A stretch of 60,939 nucleotides of DNA, the filler included, from Nemertoderma westbladi (lineage: Eukaryota; Animalia; Xenacoelomorpha): NCBI GenBank assembly GCA_032718475.1. It is 3 parts of 3 records of this genome, joined end to end, with 100 filler letters (N's around TTAATTAATTAA, not from the genome) between each part and the next. Parts side by side here need not be neighbours in the genome. Positions count along the whole stretch, not along the records: positions 1 to 21,663 come from JAUCBJ010003665.1; 2 more parts are not named here. The stretch is one strand, 5' to 3'. Positions 1-11,325 of this stretch are shown here, one piece after another (position 1 is the first letter of the stretch; every line of letters starts with the position of its first letter). Made by a program: the position numbers and the translations under genes. The notes under the pieces were generated by a model. The model was not told the origin of the DNA and did no database searches. It saw nothing but the letters and a program-made list of their open reading frames with translations.

Positions 1-519
1 GTTCATTTTAGAAATTTATTATTATTATTTTTATTATAAATTATTGGCTGAAAAATTGCGATATACGGGTTACGGGTTTAAAGGTATACGGGTTTTCGAA
101 GTCGCTGGAAACTAGTTAAAAATATTTCTCGTAAGGCAACCATAAATTTTGGTGCCATTCTAGTGCCTCAGGACGAAAAGTACATGTAGAAATAATTTCA
201 AAATGTTAAATTTTGCTGGGTTTTTGTTGGGTTATTCTGAGGCAATACCATGATTTTTTTTCTCAATTTTGCTACTTGTAATTGTATTTTTCATGCCGCA
301 CATTTTCAAAAATGCCCTCTCAATAATGTATGATATATTTCAGTTTCATATTCGTGATCTGAATCCCCAAAACACATAAGGTTATAAAAACAATTTGATT
401 TGGTGGCAATTTAATTTGATTCCGGTATCATTGTTTTTTCGTGCCCCTGGTGGGTGGCCGTGGCAAAATCAACTGATAACTGCTATTTATTTTCTTTCTG
501 CTGGTTACATATCAAAATA

Positions 520-3500
520 AATTTAAACCAATATTAATATTAAAAATTTACAGTGTAAGACGACCACCGCAGAAGACTAATAGCCAGGCTAGTGTCGTCT
601 TGCTGTGGTGGTCAGAACCAACAGGGGGGTTCGAAACACACTGATCTCTGTGAAGAAGTTAGGTGACATAGTGGTATGGAGAAGTTGCCATGGGAAGCGC
701 TGCGGGTAGGGTAGTTCTGGACTGAAGAACGTTTTTGGAATAGTTTACCGAGGGTGGAATTTGGGCTTATGGTTTTCGAATAAATATCGTACATGAAGGT
801 GCAAACTGATAGTTCATAGAGTTTGCTAAGTGGTAAAATATTTAATTGTTTGTAAATAGGAGTTGCTGATGACCTGTAGTGTGAAAATGTAATACAGCGT
901 AAAAGTTTATTGATTTTTATTCGTAGTGGCTTCAGTGTTGTGGAATGGGTGCTACCCCACAAGAGAATACCGTAATTAACATAAGGGATGGATTAGTGAA
1001 AAATATAGGGTTCTAAGAATGTGGGGAGGAAATATATGGCTGAGTTTGTAGAAAATACCACTAGATTTAGAAATTTTTTAAAGTACCTGTTTGATGCGCG
1101 TTTTCCAGTTAAGTTTAGAGTCTATCCAAATCCCTAATAATTTCGTGCTGTCTGATAGCTTGATGTCTGAGTTGTTTATTTTAATTTTTAATGCGCTATT
1201 ATCGGTATTTCTAGGAATAGGAAGGTTGGTAAATATGGTGCACTCGGTTTTCTTTACGTTTAGCAATAATTTATTGTCTCTGTATTGTAATTTATTGTAA
1301 CCATTCGCAGATTTTGATTGATTAACTCTTCGTACTAGATATTAATAATGAGTGGCTACCACGTCGTGAGTTGAGTAGAGTTGTGTCGTCAGCGAAAAGA
1401 GTATTCAGTAGATTAGTTGCTTTGGGTAAGAGTCATTAATGAAATTAAGGAATAATATGGGAGAGAGGACGGAGCCCTGGGGGACGCCACAGTTGAGGGG
1501 TAATAAAGTGGAGGTGATACCGTCGATGGCTACAAAATGTTTGCGTTCGAAGAGAAAACTAGAGATAAGTTGAAGGGGAAGGCCTCTCTGATACCAGATA
1601 CCAAGTTTATTTATTATCAAGTGTATTAACAAGGAGTTTGCGGTGTCTATGGTATCAAAGGCCTTTTTTAGGTCAATGTATACGGCACAAGTTGGATGGT
1701 GGCAGTCAAACATGGAATGAATTTTTTCTGTAACATTGATTGCAGTCTGTAGGTTCGTCTGATTTATAAAAATGGAATAACTTTAGCAAGTTTTAGTGAT
1801 TTAGGAAAAAAACTGTATTTTATTGACAGGTTGAATAAATAGCACAAGTGGTGGGAGAGTGGTTCGGCAGCAACTCTGAGTAGTTTGGTGGGCAATGGGT
1901 CGTTGAGCTGCAATTTAAATTTAAGATTAAGTTTGGGTAATGTACTTCTACGGGCGAGGTTTCAGTTAAAGTGAACGAGTTTGGTATATTATTGGAAATA
2001 TGGCATTGGGGGGACCTGGTTGTACATGTTGGTAGGCTACTTTGTAGTTTGGTCCTGGATGAGAAGTGTTTATTGAATGTTTCAGTAATTTAGATTGGAT
2101 CTGATATTATTTCTGCGGTTGTACTCCTTTCTATAATTAGTTTTTTTTGGTGAAGATTTAGAAGCTGATTTGTGTAGTATGGTGTTAATGATGGACCAAG
2201 TTTTACGAGAGTTCGTGGCAAAGTTAGTGTTGAATTGTTTTGAATTTCAGTTTTTTTTCAGCCTTTCTTTTAGAATTTTAGTAAGATGGTTGCGATAGTT
2301 GGTAAAATGTTTACGTTTAGTACAAGTAATGTAGTAGAATAGTTTTAGTACCAGAATACTTTGTTAGTAGAATATAATTGTTTCAGTTCGGTCCTTTAGG
2401 TTATGTCTGTATAATGTGTCCTTTGTCCTTATCGATTTAAGTAGACTTTGTGTTAGCCATGCTTTAATTGGACGATTTTTGTGTGTATGTTTTTGTAGTA
2501 ATATGAGAAGAACAAATTTTGGTGAGGTTGTCATAAAAACTATCAAATTTTGAAGTAATGGGTATCGAGATATCGGTGTAGGACCAGTTGGAGGGTTTCA
2601 TGATATCGCGGAGAAATTAAGTTTCGTTAAATTTTGAAAATTGTAAGGTAGTGCGTGGTCTTGGAACATTAAAAATGCAGCTAAATTTTTGTAAAACATT
2701 AAATGTTGCATGGTGATCGGAATTACCAATTTTACAGTAAAAAGTTCCCGCATTTGAAATAGAAGTGGTTATATTGGTAATTACGTGGTCTATGCGTGTT
2801 TCTGAGTTACGTTTTGGATTAATTCGTGTGGGATGATCTATGTTGTATGTAGCCGTATGAATTGAGTAAATTTATATATATAACATTTCTGTATTTCTTT
2901 TTTTTTTTTTTTTGTTTTTAGTAGGTCGATATTGATGTACCCAGTTATTACAGTGTCAAGGTTTTTACTGGTTAGTTTATTTAGAGTAGAGTCCATTAGA
3001 GTAATGTATTCAGTGGGTTTTATGGAATCTGTGCGAAAAATGGTGTCAACAATAAGAGATTTGGAATACGGACAGGCAATTCTTTATCCATGAATTTTCA
3101 AGACCCGGGATCTGGAATTCTGGACATTCAGACACTGACGTAAATAGCGGTGCCACCACGTCTAGTGTTTCCTGTTTACGATTATGAACAATTCAATGGG
3201 AAGATGATAACCATCAATTTTAAAGAACTGGAGTGGGGTATTTTCTTGGAAAAAAGTCTCCGTGAAGGTAAGTAGCCTTTGCGTTGAAGTTTAAAGATAA
3301 ACTAAAGCAATTTAGGTGAAAATCTCAGAACGATTGTTGTTTTGAGTCTCCAAAATCGGTTCTAAAAGGTTGAGGAGTATACGATCCTTTGTCAAACGAA
3401 ATATTTGTTAAATTTTGGTCCGGGTCTATATTAGTGAAGATCTGATTTAAGTGTTGGGATTCAGAATCGGGAGAGGTTTTATTCGGTGAATTATACCGGG

Positions 3501-3534
3501 TAGCAGCTAGCGGTAAAAATACCTTTGTCGTCAT
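520..3534 (-). mobile_element. Decayed CR1/L2-type LINE (endonuclease + reverse transcriptase ORF2, frameshifted)
   Basis: Minus-strand fragments carry RT motifs YIDLKKAFDTID, GVPQGSVLSPILFLNFIND and LFADDTT (about 1380-1400). LNVKKT..LGIWIDSKLNWK and a CR1-type C-terminus (SATPIYKQLNILPL..YPTRS) follow. Endonuclease-like remnants lie at 2700-3300. Confidence 0.85.
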
Positions 3535-4807
3535 TTAAAACTGTGGAAAACGGGAGAGTCTGGTGCTGGCAGAAAATGCATACCGGTAAAAATGTTTAGC
3601 GTTATTTTGGAAACTAAATTGAGATTGTGTAAAATGCGAGCCGCAAGGTAAATGAAATGTTAGTTCGCGCAAGTTACAGCAAAATTGGGATTCTTGTAAA
3701 GCAACAAAAAATAAACAAAAGGCGCAGGTGGAACCAGAACGGGGTGGGGGTACAAATACCGACTTGGGGAAGTAGGGTGTTAGGAGGTAAACGTAAAACA
3801 GACCAACAGAGACAAGCAACTCCACTGCAACTGTAATTATACCAAATTAATATCAAAGAACAATTTATTTTGAAGCAACTCATTTAAACTTTATATTATT
3901 TAAGTTTTTTTGAATAAACTTATTTGCTTTAAAAGGAGAAATTCACTAAGTTAGTCGATTATATTATATTATATTATTTCTTTATTTGTTTGTTTATATA
4001 TTTATCAATAATGAACCCTTTTCATTCAATTTATTCTGCTCTTGTTTTTGTGTTTTATCTAACCAGCTAAATGTAATATTCTTTCTATCACTCGATACCT
4101 ATTATAAAATTTTACATAATTTGGCAGCCAATCGAACTATAGTTAGCTGCGCCGACAATCCATAATCGTAATGTGGGGCGAGCCACGAAGTAATGTGAAC
4201 ATTTAGTATATGGGAATCATTAATCAACCGACTGTCGTATAGTCAGTCAGTATGACATACAGTTTTAGTATCAATATATAATTTAATATTATATTATTGA
4301 TCGAGTGATTTTATTGCTCGTTTTAAATAAAAGACTTGAATTATTTCCAATTGGGAGCCGGACAATAAAAAAAAAAGATTTTTGAAAATGTGTCAGAATT
4401 TCCCCCAACCCCCCTGGTCAGCTCCACCAACTTGTTCATATTATTTTTATTTATCCAAAGGTAAGTAACCGAGGCGCAGACTGCAAGACTTTAAGATATT
4501 TGTGATTTTCACAAATATTTTTCAATTATTTTGTTTGTTGACACTGACACACTCATTTTTTTGTCATTACATGCGTAACAACGTGATTTCATTGGATTAA
4601 CGTTGCAGTTGTAAATAAATGAAACATTCGCACAAATAAATATAAACAGATTTATTTACACAATTTTAAAACAAATCAAAATAATCTAAATTTTAAGTCA
4701 ATAAGTTTAGTCAGCAACTCAATACTCAATAACAACATCAACTACCTGAGTAGCTCGTGTTACAAATATATCTGTAAAGGTAGAATAAAACAGACTGATA
4801 TAAAGTT

Positions 4808-5680
4808 CTACCGCGGACCCCAACTGATGTTATTGAGACCCTGAAACTTCCGTTTCAGTTCGTTTGGGTCCGCCCAACTAGAATCCAGATGTACGTCACT
4901 GGATTCCGCTTCCATTCTCTTCAACTCTTCCTGCCTCCGGTAAGCCTCCGCCATCATCTGTTTCTTCTGCTCCTCCGATATGACCGGCTCTCTGGCTGGC
5001 GCTCCCGAACTTTTACGTTGAATCTTCGCGATTATTTTACTCTTCTCGTTCTTACCAATAAAATCCGATAGTTTCTTATCGCGGGTTAACTCTTTCCCGG
5101 CCCACCACAAGGCGCCTTCCCCAACGGGAATAACTTCCAGGGAATCCTGAGTACCTGATAAATCTTCCTTGTCATCGAATTCATTATGTATAGGATCGTG
5201 GGGCGGTAGACCCATAGGATAGACTATCATACACGCGCCTCTCAACATATCTAACGCGTCGGTAACTTCTTTATCTCCCACGCAGATGTTTTGCTCGACG
5301 TTTTTATTGCTTATCAAATCTTTAGCTTCCTTCACGGTTTTCGTTAGAACTTGCGCCATGGAGGACAGCGGAACTTTACCGTTTCTGCGTCCGATATCGT
5401 CCGGTTTCATCTCGAATCCGCCCGAAGGTTCGCACTTATTCCCCCACTCGTCGATTAGTTTCAGCTCCGTTATCTGCTCCTCCGTTAGGCCTTGCATATT
5501 AGGTGGTAAGGCGACCCCGGCCTTGGCGAGTTGTTCGATCTCGCCGCAAACTCGATTGACCTTCAGTCGTCTGTTGTAAATCCGTTCAATACCGGTAAGT
5601 AATTCGCCAACACCTACATTCACGGTGGTTTCCAAGAGGAATTGACTCTCATCTCCCTTTTTCACGTGAATCTTCACCAT
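4808..5680 (-). CDS. CFAP298: Cilia- and flagella-associated protein 298 (C21orf59/Kurly), single exon, 290 aa
   Basis: Intact ORF MVKIHVKKGDESQFLLET...GACMIVYPMGLPPHDPI...LWWAGKEL...GAPAREP...KRKFQGLNNISWGPR matches the family end to end. Confidence 0.95.
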   Translation of the reverse strand: MVKIHVKKGDESQFLLETTVNVGVGELLTGIERIYNRRLKVNRVCGEIEQLAKAGVALPPNMQGLTEEQITELKLIDEWGNKCEPSGGFEMKPDDIGRRNGKVPLSSMAQVLTKTVKEAKDLISNKNVEQNICVGDKEVTDALDMLRGACMIVYPMGLPPHDPIHNEFDDKEDLSGTQDSLEVIPVGEGALWWAGKELTRDKKLSDFIGKNEKSKIIAKIQRKSSGAPAREPVISEEQKKQMMAEAYRRQEELKRMEAESSDVHLDSSWADPNELKRKFQGLNNISWGPR

Positions 5681-5966
5681 TTTTGCAATTACGTCTTTAC
5701 GTTGTGACAGCTAGTGCTGACTTTATACAGCAGTCGAGTTCAAAATTAGCTTTATCGGGTCGGTATAAGATGTAACCGCTGGAATCACAAAAATTCTGAG
5801 ATTATAATTTTCACAATAATATTCTCCCTATGCTTTTCACAGTGGACGCAGCAGTACCTGCTGACTAATACAGTTAGTAGGCCTAAGTTCTCACGGTTCG
5901 TTACTAATAGCGCAGTATTGTAGTAATCTAGCAGCTGTTATCCAAAACATAGTATTATTTAAATTG

Positions 5967-5979
5967 GTTGCTAGGTAAC
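5967..5979. promoter_or_regulatory. RFX X-box upstream of CFAP298
   Basis: GTTGCTAGGTAAC, a near-palindromic X-box about 290 bp upstream of the ATG of a ciliary gene. Confidence 0.6.
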
Positions 5980-6103
5980 AGATAAGGAAACAAATTTTAC
6001 TTGACACTATGTAATGTTAGTACAGCATAGGCTGGTAAAGTGTACAGTAGGTGGTTCGGACTCCTACGTTATTAGGGCCGTTAGTCGTTAGGTTTTGCAG
6101 AGT

Positions 6104-6627
6104 TAGGTCCTGCGACATTAGCATTAGGTCAGGTGACATTAGGTCCTGAGACATTATGTCCTGAGACATTATGTCCTGAGACATTATGACCTGAGACATT
6201 ATATCCTGAGACATTATGTCCTGAGACATTATGTCCTGAGACATTATGTCCTGAGACATTATGTCCTGAGACATTATGTCCTGAGACATTATGTCCTGAG
6301 ACATTATGTCCTGAGACATTATGTCCTGAGACATTATGTTCTGAGACATTATGTCCTGAGACATTATGTCCTGAGACATTATGTCCTGAGACATTATGTC
6401 CTGAAACATTATGTCCTGAGACATTATGTCCTGAGACATTATGTCCTGAGACATTATGTCCTGAGACATTATGTCCTGAGACATTATGTCCTGAGACATT
6501 ATGTCCTGAGGCACTAGGTCCTGAGACATTAGGTCTTGAGACATTAGGTCCTGAGACATTAGGTCCTGCGAAATTAGGTCCTGAGATATTGGGTCCTGTG
6601 ACATTAGTTCCTGAGACATTAGGTCCA
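6104..6627. repeat. 15-bp tandem array (GTCCTGAGACATTAT)n, about 34 copies
   Basis: Directly visible, with a homogeneous core and degenerate edges. It produces the spurious SQDIM/SGHNV ORFs. Confidence 0.95.
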
Positions 6628-7063
6628 TCATTGGATTTCAAATTCAAATTTTTGTGAAAAATAAAAAGAGTAAGGGCCCTCTTACATTGGAATTTTTTTG
6701 AGATTGACTATTGAGAGTTACGATAAAACATTCAAGGGCCATTACTCGCGTACCCCTAAAATAACGTAACCCCCGTAGATATGGCTGTCAGGGCTGGCCG
6801 CACATTGTATCAGCTTTATGGTATATTACTACATTATTTGAACTTTATTGTGTGAACTGGCAGACCACTAACAAACTACAGTACCTGATGGTTAAGCATC
6901 AACCATGGGGCTATTTCAAGTGAACGAGTGTAATGTTAAGTGTCTCAATGTTACATTATAACATTTGCGTCAATATTCCCCTGAAGAGGGATAAATGATG
7001 ATCGCCCCCCCCCCCCCCCCCCCCCCCTCAGTATTTGCAGCTTCCTCAAATATGAAACACGAA

Positions 7064-8457
7064 AGTGACACCGAACCCAGGACCTCACTGTTAGAGTAAC
7101 GGCCACACCGCCAGTGACACCGAACCCGGGACCTCCCTGTTAGAGTAACGGCCACACCGCCAGTGACACCGAACTCGGGACCTCCCTGTTAGAGTAACGG
7201 CCACACCGCCAGTGACACCGAACCCGGGACCTCCCAGTTAGAGTAACGGCCACACCGCCAGTGACACCGAACCCAGGACCTCCCAGTTAGAGTAACGGCC
7301 ACACCGTCAGTGACACCGAACCCAGGACCTCCCTGTTAGAGTAACGGCCACACCGCCAGTGACACCGAACCCGGGACCTCCCAGTTAGAGTAACGGCCAC
7401 ACCGCCAGTGACACCGAACCCGGGACCTCCCTGTTAGAGTAACGGCCACACCGCCAGTGACACCGAACCCGGGACCTCCCAGTTAGAGTAACGGCCACAC
7501 CGCAAGTGACACCGAACCCGGGACCTCCCAGTTAGAGTAACGGCCACACCGCCAGTGACACCGAACCCGGGACCTCCCAGTTAGAGTAACGGCCACACCG
7601 CCAGTGACACCGAACCCGGGACCTCCCAGTTAGAGTAACGGCCACACCGCCAGAGAAAACCGAACCCGGGACCTCCCAGTTAGAGTAACGGCCACACCGC
7701 CAGTGACACCGAACCCGGACCTCCCAGTTAGAGTAACGGCCACATCGCCAGTGACACCGAACCAGGGCCTCCCAGTTAGAGTAACGGCCACACCGCCAGT
7801 GACACCGAACCCGGGACCTCCCTGTTAGAGTAACGGCCACACCGCCAGTGACAACCGAACCCGGGACCTCCCAGTTAGAGTAACGGCCACACCGCCAGTG
7901 ACACCGAACTCGGGACCTCCCTGTTAGAGTAACGGCCACACCGCCAGTGACACCGAACCCGGGACCTCCCTGTTAGAGTAACGGCCACACCGCCAGTGAC
8001 ACCGAACCCGGGACCTCCCAGTTAGAGTAACGGCCACACCGCCAGTGACACCGAACCCGGGACCTCCCAGTTAGAGTAACGGCCACATCGCCAGTGACAC
8101 CGAACCCGGGACCTCCCAGTTAGAGTAACGGCCACATCGCCAGTGACACCGAACCCAGGACCTCCCAGTTAGAGTAACGGCCACACCGCCAGTGACACCG
8201 AACCCGGGACCTCCCAGTTAGAGTAACGGCCACATCGCCAGTGACACCGAACCCAGGACCTCCCAGTTAGAGTAACGGCCACACCGCCAGTGACACCGAA
8301 CCCGGGACCTCCCTGTTAGAGTAACGGCCACACCGCCAGTGACACCGAACCCGGGACCTCCCAGTTGGAGTAACGGCCACACCGCCAGTGACACCGAACT
8401 CGGGACCTCCCTGTTAGAGTAACGGCCACACCGCCAGTGACACCGAACCCAGGACCT
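7064..8457. repeat. 49-bp tandem array, about 28 copies
   Basis: Unit AGTGACACCGAACCCGGGACCTCCCAGTTAGAGTAACGGCCACACCGCC repeated head-to-tail with no spacers. Confidence 0.95.
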
Positions 8458-9155
8458 GTAGGCCAGTAAATAAATAAATGGAAGAGGGAGAGGGCGGGGG
8501 CGGGGGGATTGTAAATGGAAGAGTTCGATATTATAATGTTTACGGAAAATAAATAAAAACTATTAAAAGTAACGCCGGGAAGTTGGACGTAAGAAAAAAA
8601 ACAAAAATCGATGTTTTATTAATATCAGGACTATATAATATATTTTATAACTGATAACATGCGGTGTGCACCATGGAAACAGGAAAACTAAACATTGAAC
8701 AGAATGACTTCAGGGGGTTTACTAACTAATTATTGTCCAGTTTTATAAGCGAATGTTCGAATACGATAAAAATTACACCCTTAAATAATATTGTCGCATA
8801 ATATTGGAATATCGTCTGTAGGGGAGGACATAAGATGCGCAACAATAATTTATTGCGATTATTTAATTAAAATTAAAACAACTCCGTTTATAAGTTTGTT
8901 TTGTACAAATTTATTCGAATTAATAGAATTACTCAAATGGTGGAAGTTAATATTATTTATTGCCAAGCGAAAAGGGAAACTAAGAAATAGACGACATTGT
9001 TCGATTCGAGAAACTTAGTATCATCAGTAACAAGCGGCTGTTATTAAAACAAAGGGAAACAATAAGCTAATTAACCCATAATTAATTAATTATAATAACT
9101 TATTAAACTACACAACAGTTAGAGGGATGGCGACTAAACATAAACACCGAGCCGT

Positions 9156-10739
9156 TTAAACAGTAAGAAGAATCGAGTAAATCTCTGAAACATTCCCTAC
9201 AATGTCCGGAACTCGAGTCTTTAGGGCCAAGTTGACGGTGCGAGAGCCGGGCGACACTTTAATCTCGCCGAGCACCCAAATCCCGTTGCTCAACTTCAAC
9301 GAGGTGTAAATCATCTCGAACTGCTCCCCGACCTGTCGGCGCGCCACAATAAATATATTATTCTGTCGCAACTGCGTCGACGACTCGACTAGGTGTTCCA
9401 CATGGGCGTTCTCCACCGTGTGTTGCGTCTCGTTCGCGCTCGGCATATCTTTCCAGGTCTCTAGGAATACTTTACGCTCCATATCGCCATCCTCTGTGAA
9501 GAGAACGTGGGTCGGAACGAGAGTCGACATGTAGAAAACATCGATGTTATTCTTTATCGCGATCTGGAGATTCATAATCGGTTCCATCCGTTGAACAACT
9601 CCGTTTAGATTCAACGGTAGACTGGTTTCTACGCTCTGGTTGGGTGGAAGCGGCGCCGATATCTGTAAACCCGTGGCCGGAAGTAGCCCGAAGCTGTTCT
9701 TATTAAACTGTATCGCGAAGCCGCCCATAGCCTGCATCGCGCGGTTCGTAAAGGTCAGATCCATAAAGATCTGGCCTTGGCGTCTCGCGAAGGTGCCGCC
9801 AACCTCTAGGCCTTTCCCTTTGGCGGCGGGGAGCCAGACCTCCTTGGGGGGAGTATATACGGATTGGCTGCCCCCCAAGCCGGGGAGACCCAGCCCGAAA
9901 ATATCCCCGAGGTCGCTGAGCGGGAGACTGGCGGCCGAGTCGATGGGGACCCCGCCGCCTAACAACGAGTCGCCCCCCAGCAGGTCGAACACGCCGCCCC
10001 CCGTGGAGGGGGGCGCGGGGGGCCCCAGCATGGTGTCGGGGGGGCCCAGACTCAACGACAACAGATCCTCGACGGCCCCCTGGGCCGCCTCCGCCGTAGG
10101 AATAACCGATCCCGAGACATCCGGGAGAGCTGTAGCTTGATCTCCTTGGGAATCCACCTTGGACGGTAAAACGGCTCGTTTAATCCCCATTCGGCCTTCT
10201 ACGAAGGAAGTCGGAGGTTTATGATAAACGCTCGCTAACGAACCTATATGACAGATAAGTTCGTCTAAAAGCGTCGGTTCTAGTAAGTCCGTCTCCTCCG
10301 ATATCAACGGCTTCTCGGCCAAGACGACCTCCTTAGCCGCGGCCGGATCCGTCGACAGGAGTCGCCAATAGATGTAGCCCCGGTCCCTAAGGTCCGGGTT
10401 GTCGCTCTCCTGCGTGGAGAGACTCAGCACCTGCTGCACCAACTCCTGGGTGTCCGACGGCCGCTTAAGGAACAGCTTCACGATCGATGTCAGCAACTGC
10501 AGTTGCACCTGAACGCTCTCGTCCGAGAATCCCTCTAGGAAACTCTCCAGTAATTCGTCCGCGTTATCGATTCGCTCCGCGTACTCCCCTATTATCCATA
10601 TCATCGCGGCTCTCGCTTCCGGTTCGTCCAAGGTGTCGAGATTCTCGCACAAAGTCGATATTATACTCTCGTATTTGTTGGGATATTTCCGGAATATATC
10701 CTTAATGACGACGATGGCTTCCTGTACGACGTAGTTCAC
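9156..10739 (-). CDS. AP1B1: AP-1/AP-2 complex beta subunit (beta-adaptin), exon 2 (trunk end, hinge, appendage)
   Basis: VNYVVQEAIVVIKDIFRKYPNKYES...DNPDLRDRGYIYWRLLSTDP...WLPAAKGKGLEV... Acceptor is tttacag|GTG at 10740/10739, phase 0. Confidence 0.95.
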   Translation of the reverse strand: MNYVVQEAIVVIKDIFRKYPNKYESIISTLCENLDTLDEPEARAAMIWIIGEYAERIDNADELLESFLEGFSDESVQVQLQLLTSIVKLFLKRPSDTQELVQQVLSLSTQESDNPDLRDRGYIYWRLLSTDPAAAKEVVLAEKPLISEETDLLEPTLLDELICHIGSLASVYHKPPTSFVEGRMGIKRAVLPSKVDSQGDQATALPDVSGSVIPTAEAAQGAVEDLLSLSLGPPDTMLGPPAPPSTGGGVFDLLGGDSLLGGGVPIDSAASLPLSDLGDIFGLGLPGLGGSQSVYTPPKEVWLPAAKGKGLEVGGTFARRQGQIFMDLTFTNRAMQAMGGFAIQFNKNSFGLLPATGLQISAPLPPNQSVETSLPLNLNGVVQRMEPIMNLQIAIKNNIDVFYMSTLVPTHVLFTEDGDMERKVFLETWKDMPSANETQHTVENAHVEHLVESSTQLRQNNIFIVARRQVGEQFEMIYTSLKLSNGIWVLGEIKVSPGSRTVNLALKTRVPDIVGNVSEIYSILLTV

Positions 10740-10864
10740 CTGTAAATTTTAAATCAATAAATTTTCTGACAAAGGATATACACCAACTCCCGTAATACAA
10801 CAACGATATTTAGGGGGTCGGAGCCAACCACCCCCAACCCCCCCTCCCCCTAATTAAGTTTCCA

Positions 10865-11148
10865 CCTTGGTGTAGTGGTCGCATTGAATTCACATCTCCC
10901 GTAGGTCGTGGGTTCGATCCTCACATGGGCCAGGGCAGTTTTCGTTTCGGCACGAATGCTTTAAAGGGACCAGCCAGGGCGCATCTCTGCCTTGCATCCT
11001 TAAGTAGGTATATAGCTAAATGAGTACTAGAGTTTCCTCTGGGGGAGTAAAGTCTTCTGGGGGGACCGCACTGGAAATAAGTCGTCCGACGTTGTGCGTA
11101 ATCCCTGGCCTAGCGGCCGAAGAAAATTTACTTTCTTTTACTTTACTG
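10865..11148 (+). mobile_element. tRNA-derived SINE inside the beta-adaptin intron
   Basis: A-box TGGTGTAGTGG (10868) and B-box GGTTCGATCC (10911). The central GCCTTGCATCCTT...AAATGAGTAC resembles Nin/Deu-type SINE cores. Tail is (TTTAC)-like. Confidence 0.65.
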
Positions 11149-11325
11149 TTAATTTTGTTTTCAAATTTCAATAAAATGCTACGAAATTTATTATGAAGAT
11201 AGTTCGACAACTTTTCATACTGCTGGCCCGCCCGGCACAACAACCCGCTGAAAATGCCCATTTAGCAATACGGTAGCAGGCTTTATTCTTCGTATTTGGA
11301 ATGTAATCTAAATATAATGAGAAAA

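Noticed and set aside
6017-6647. ORFs of (SQDIM)n / (SGHNV)n resembling pentapeptide-repeat proteins
   Set aside because: Several frames are open because of a 15-bp DNA repeat, and there is no synonymous-type variation.
9640-10705. Plus-strand ORFs overlapping beta-adaptin (also those antisense to CFAP298 and HDHD3)
   Set aside because: Antisense shadows of real coding sequence, with no recognisable domains.
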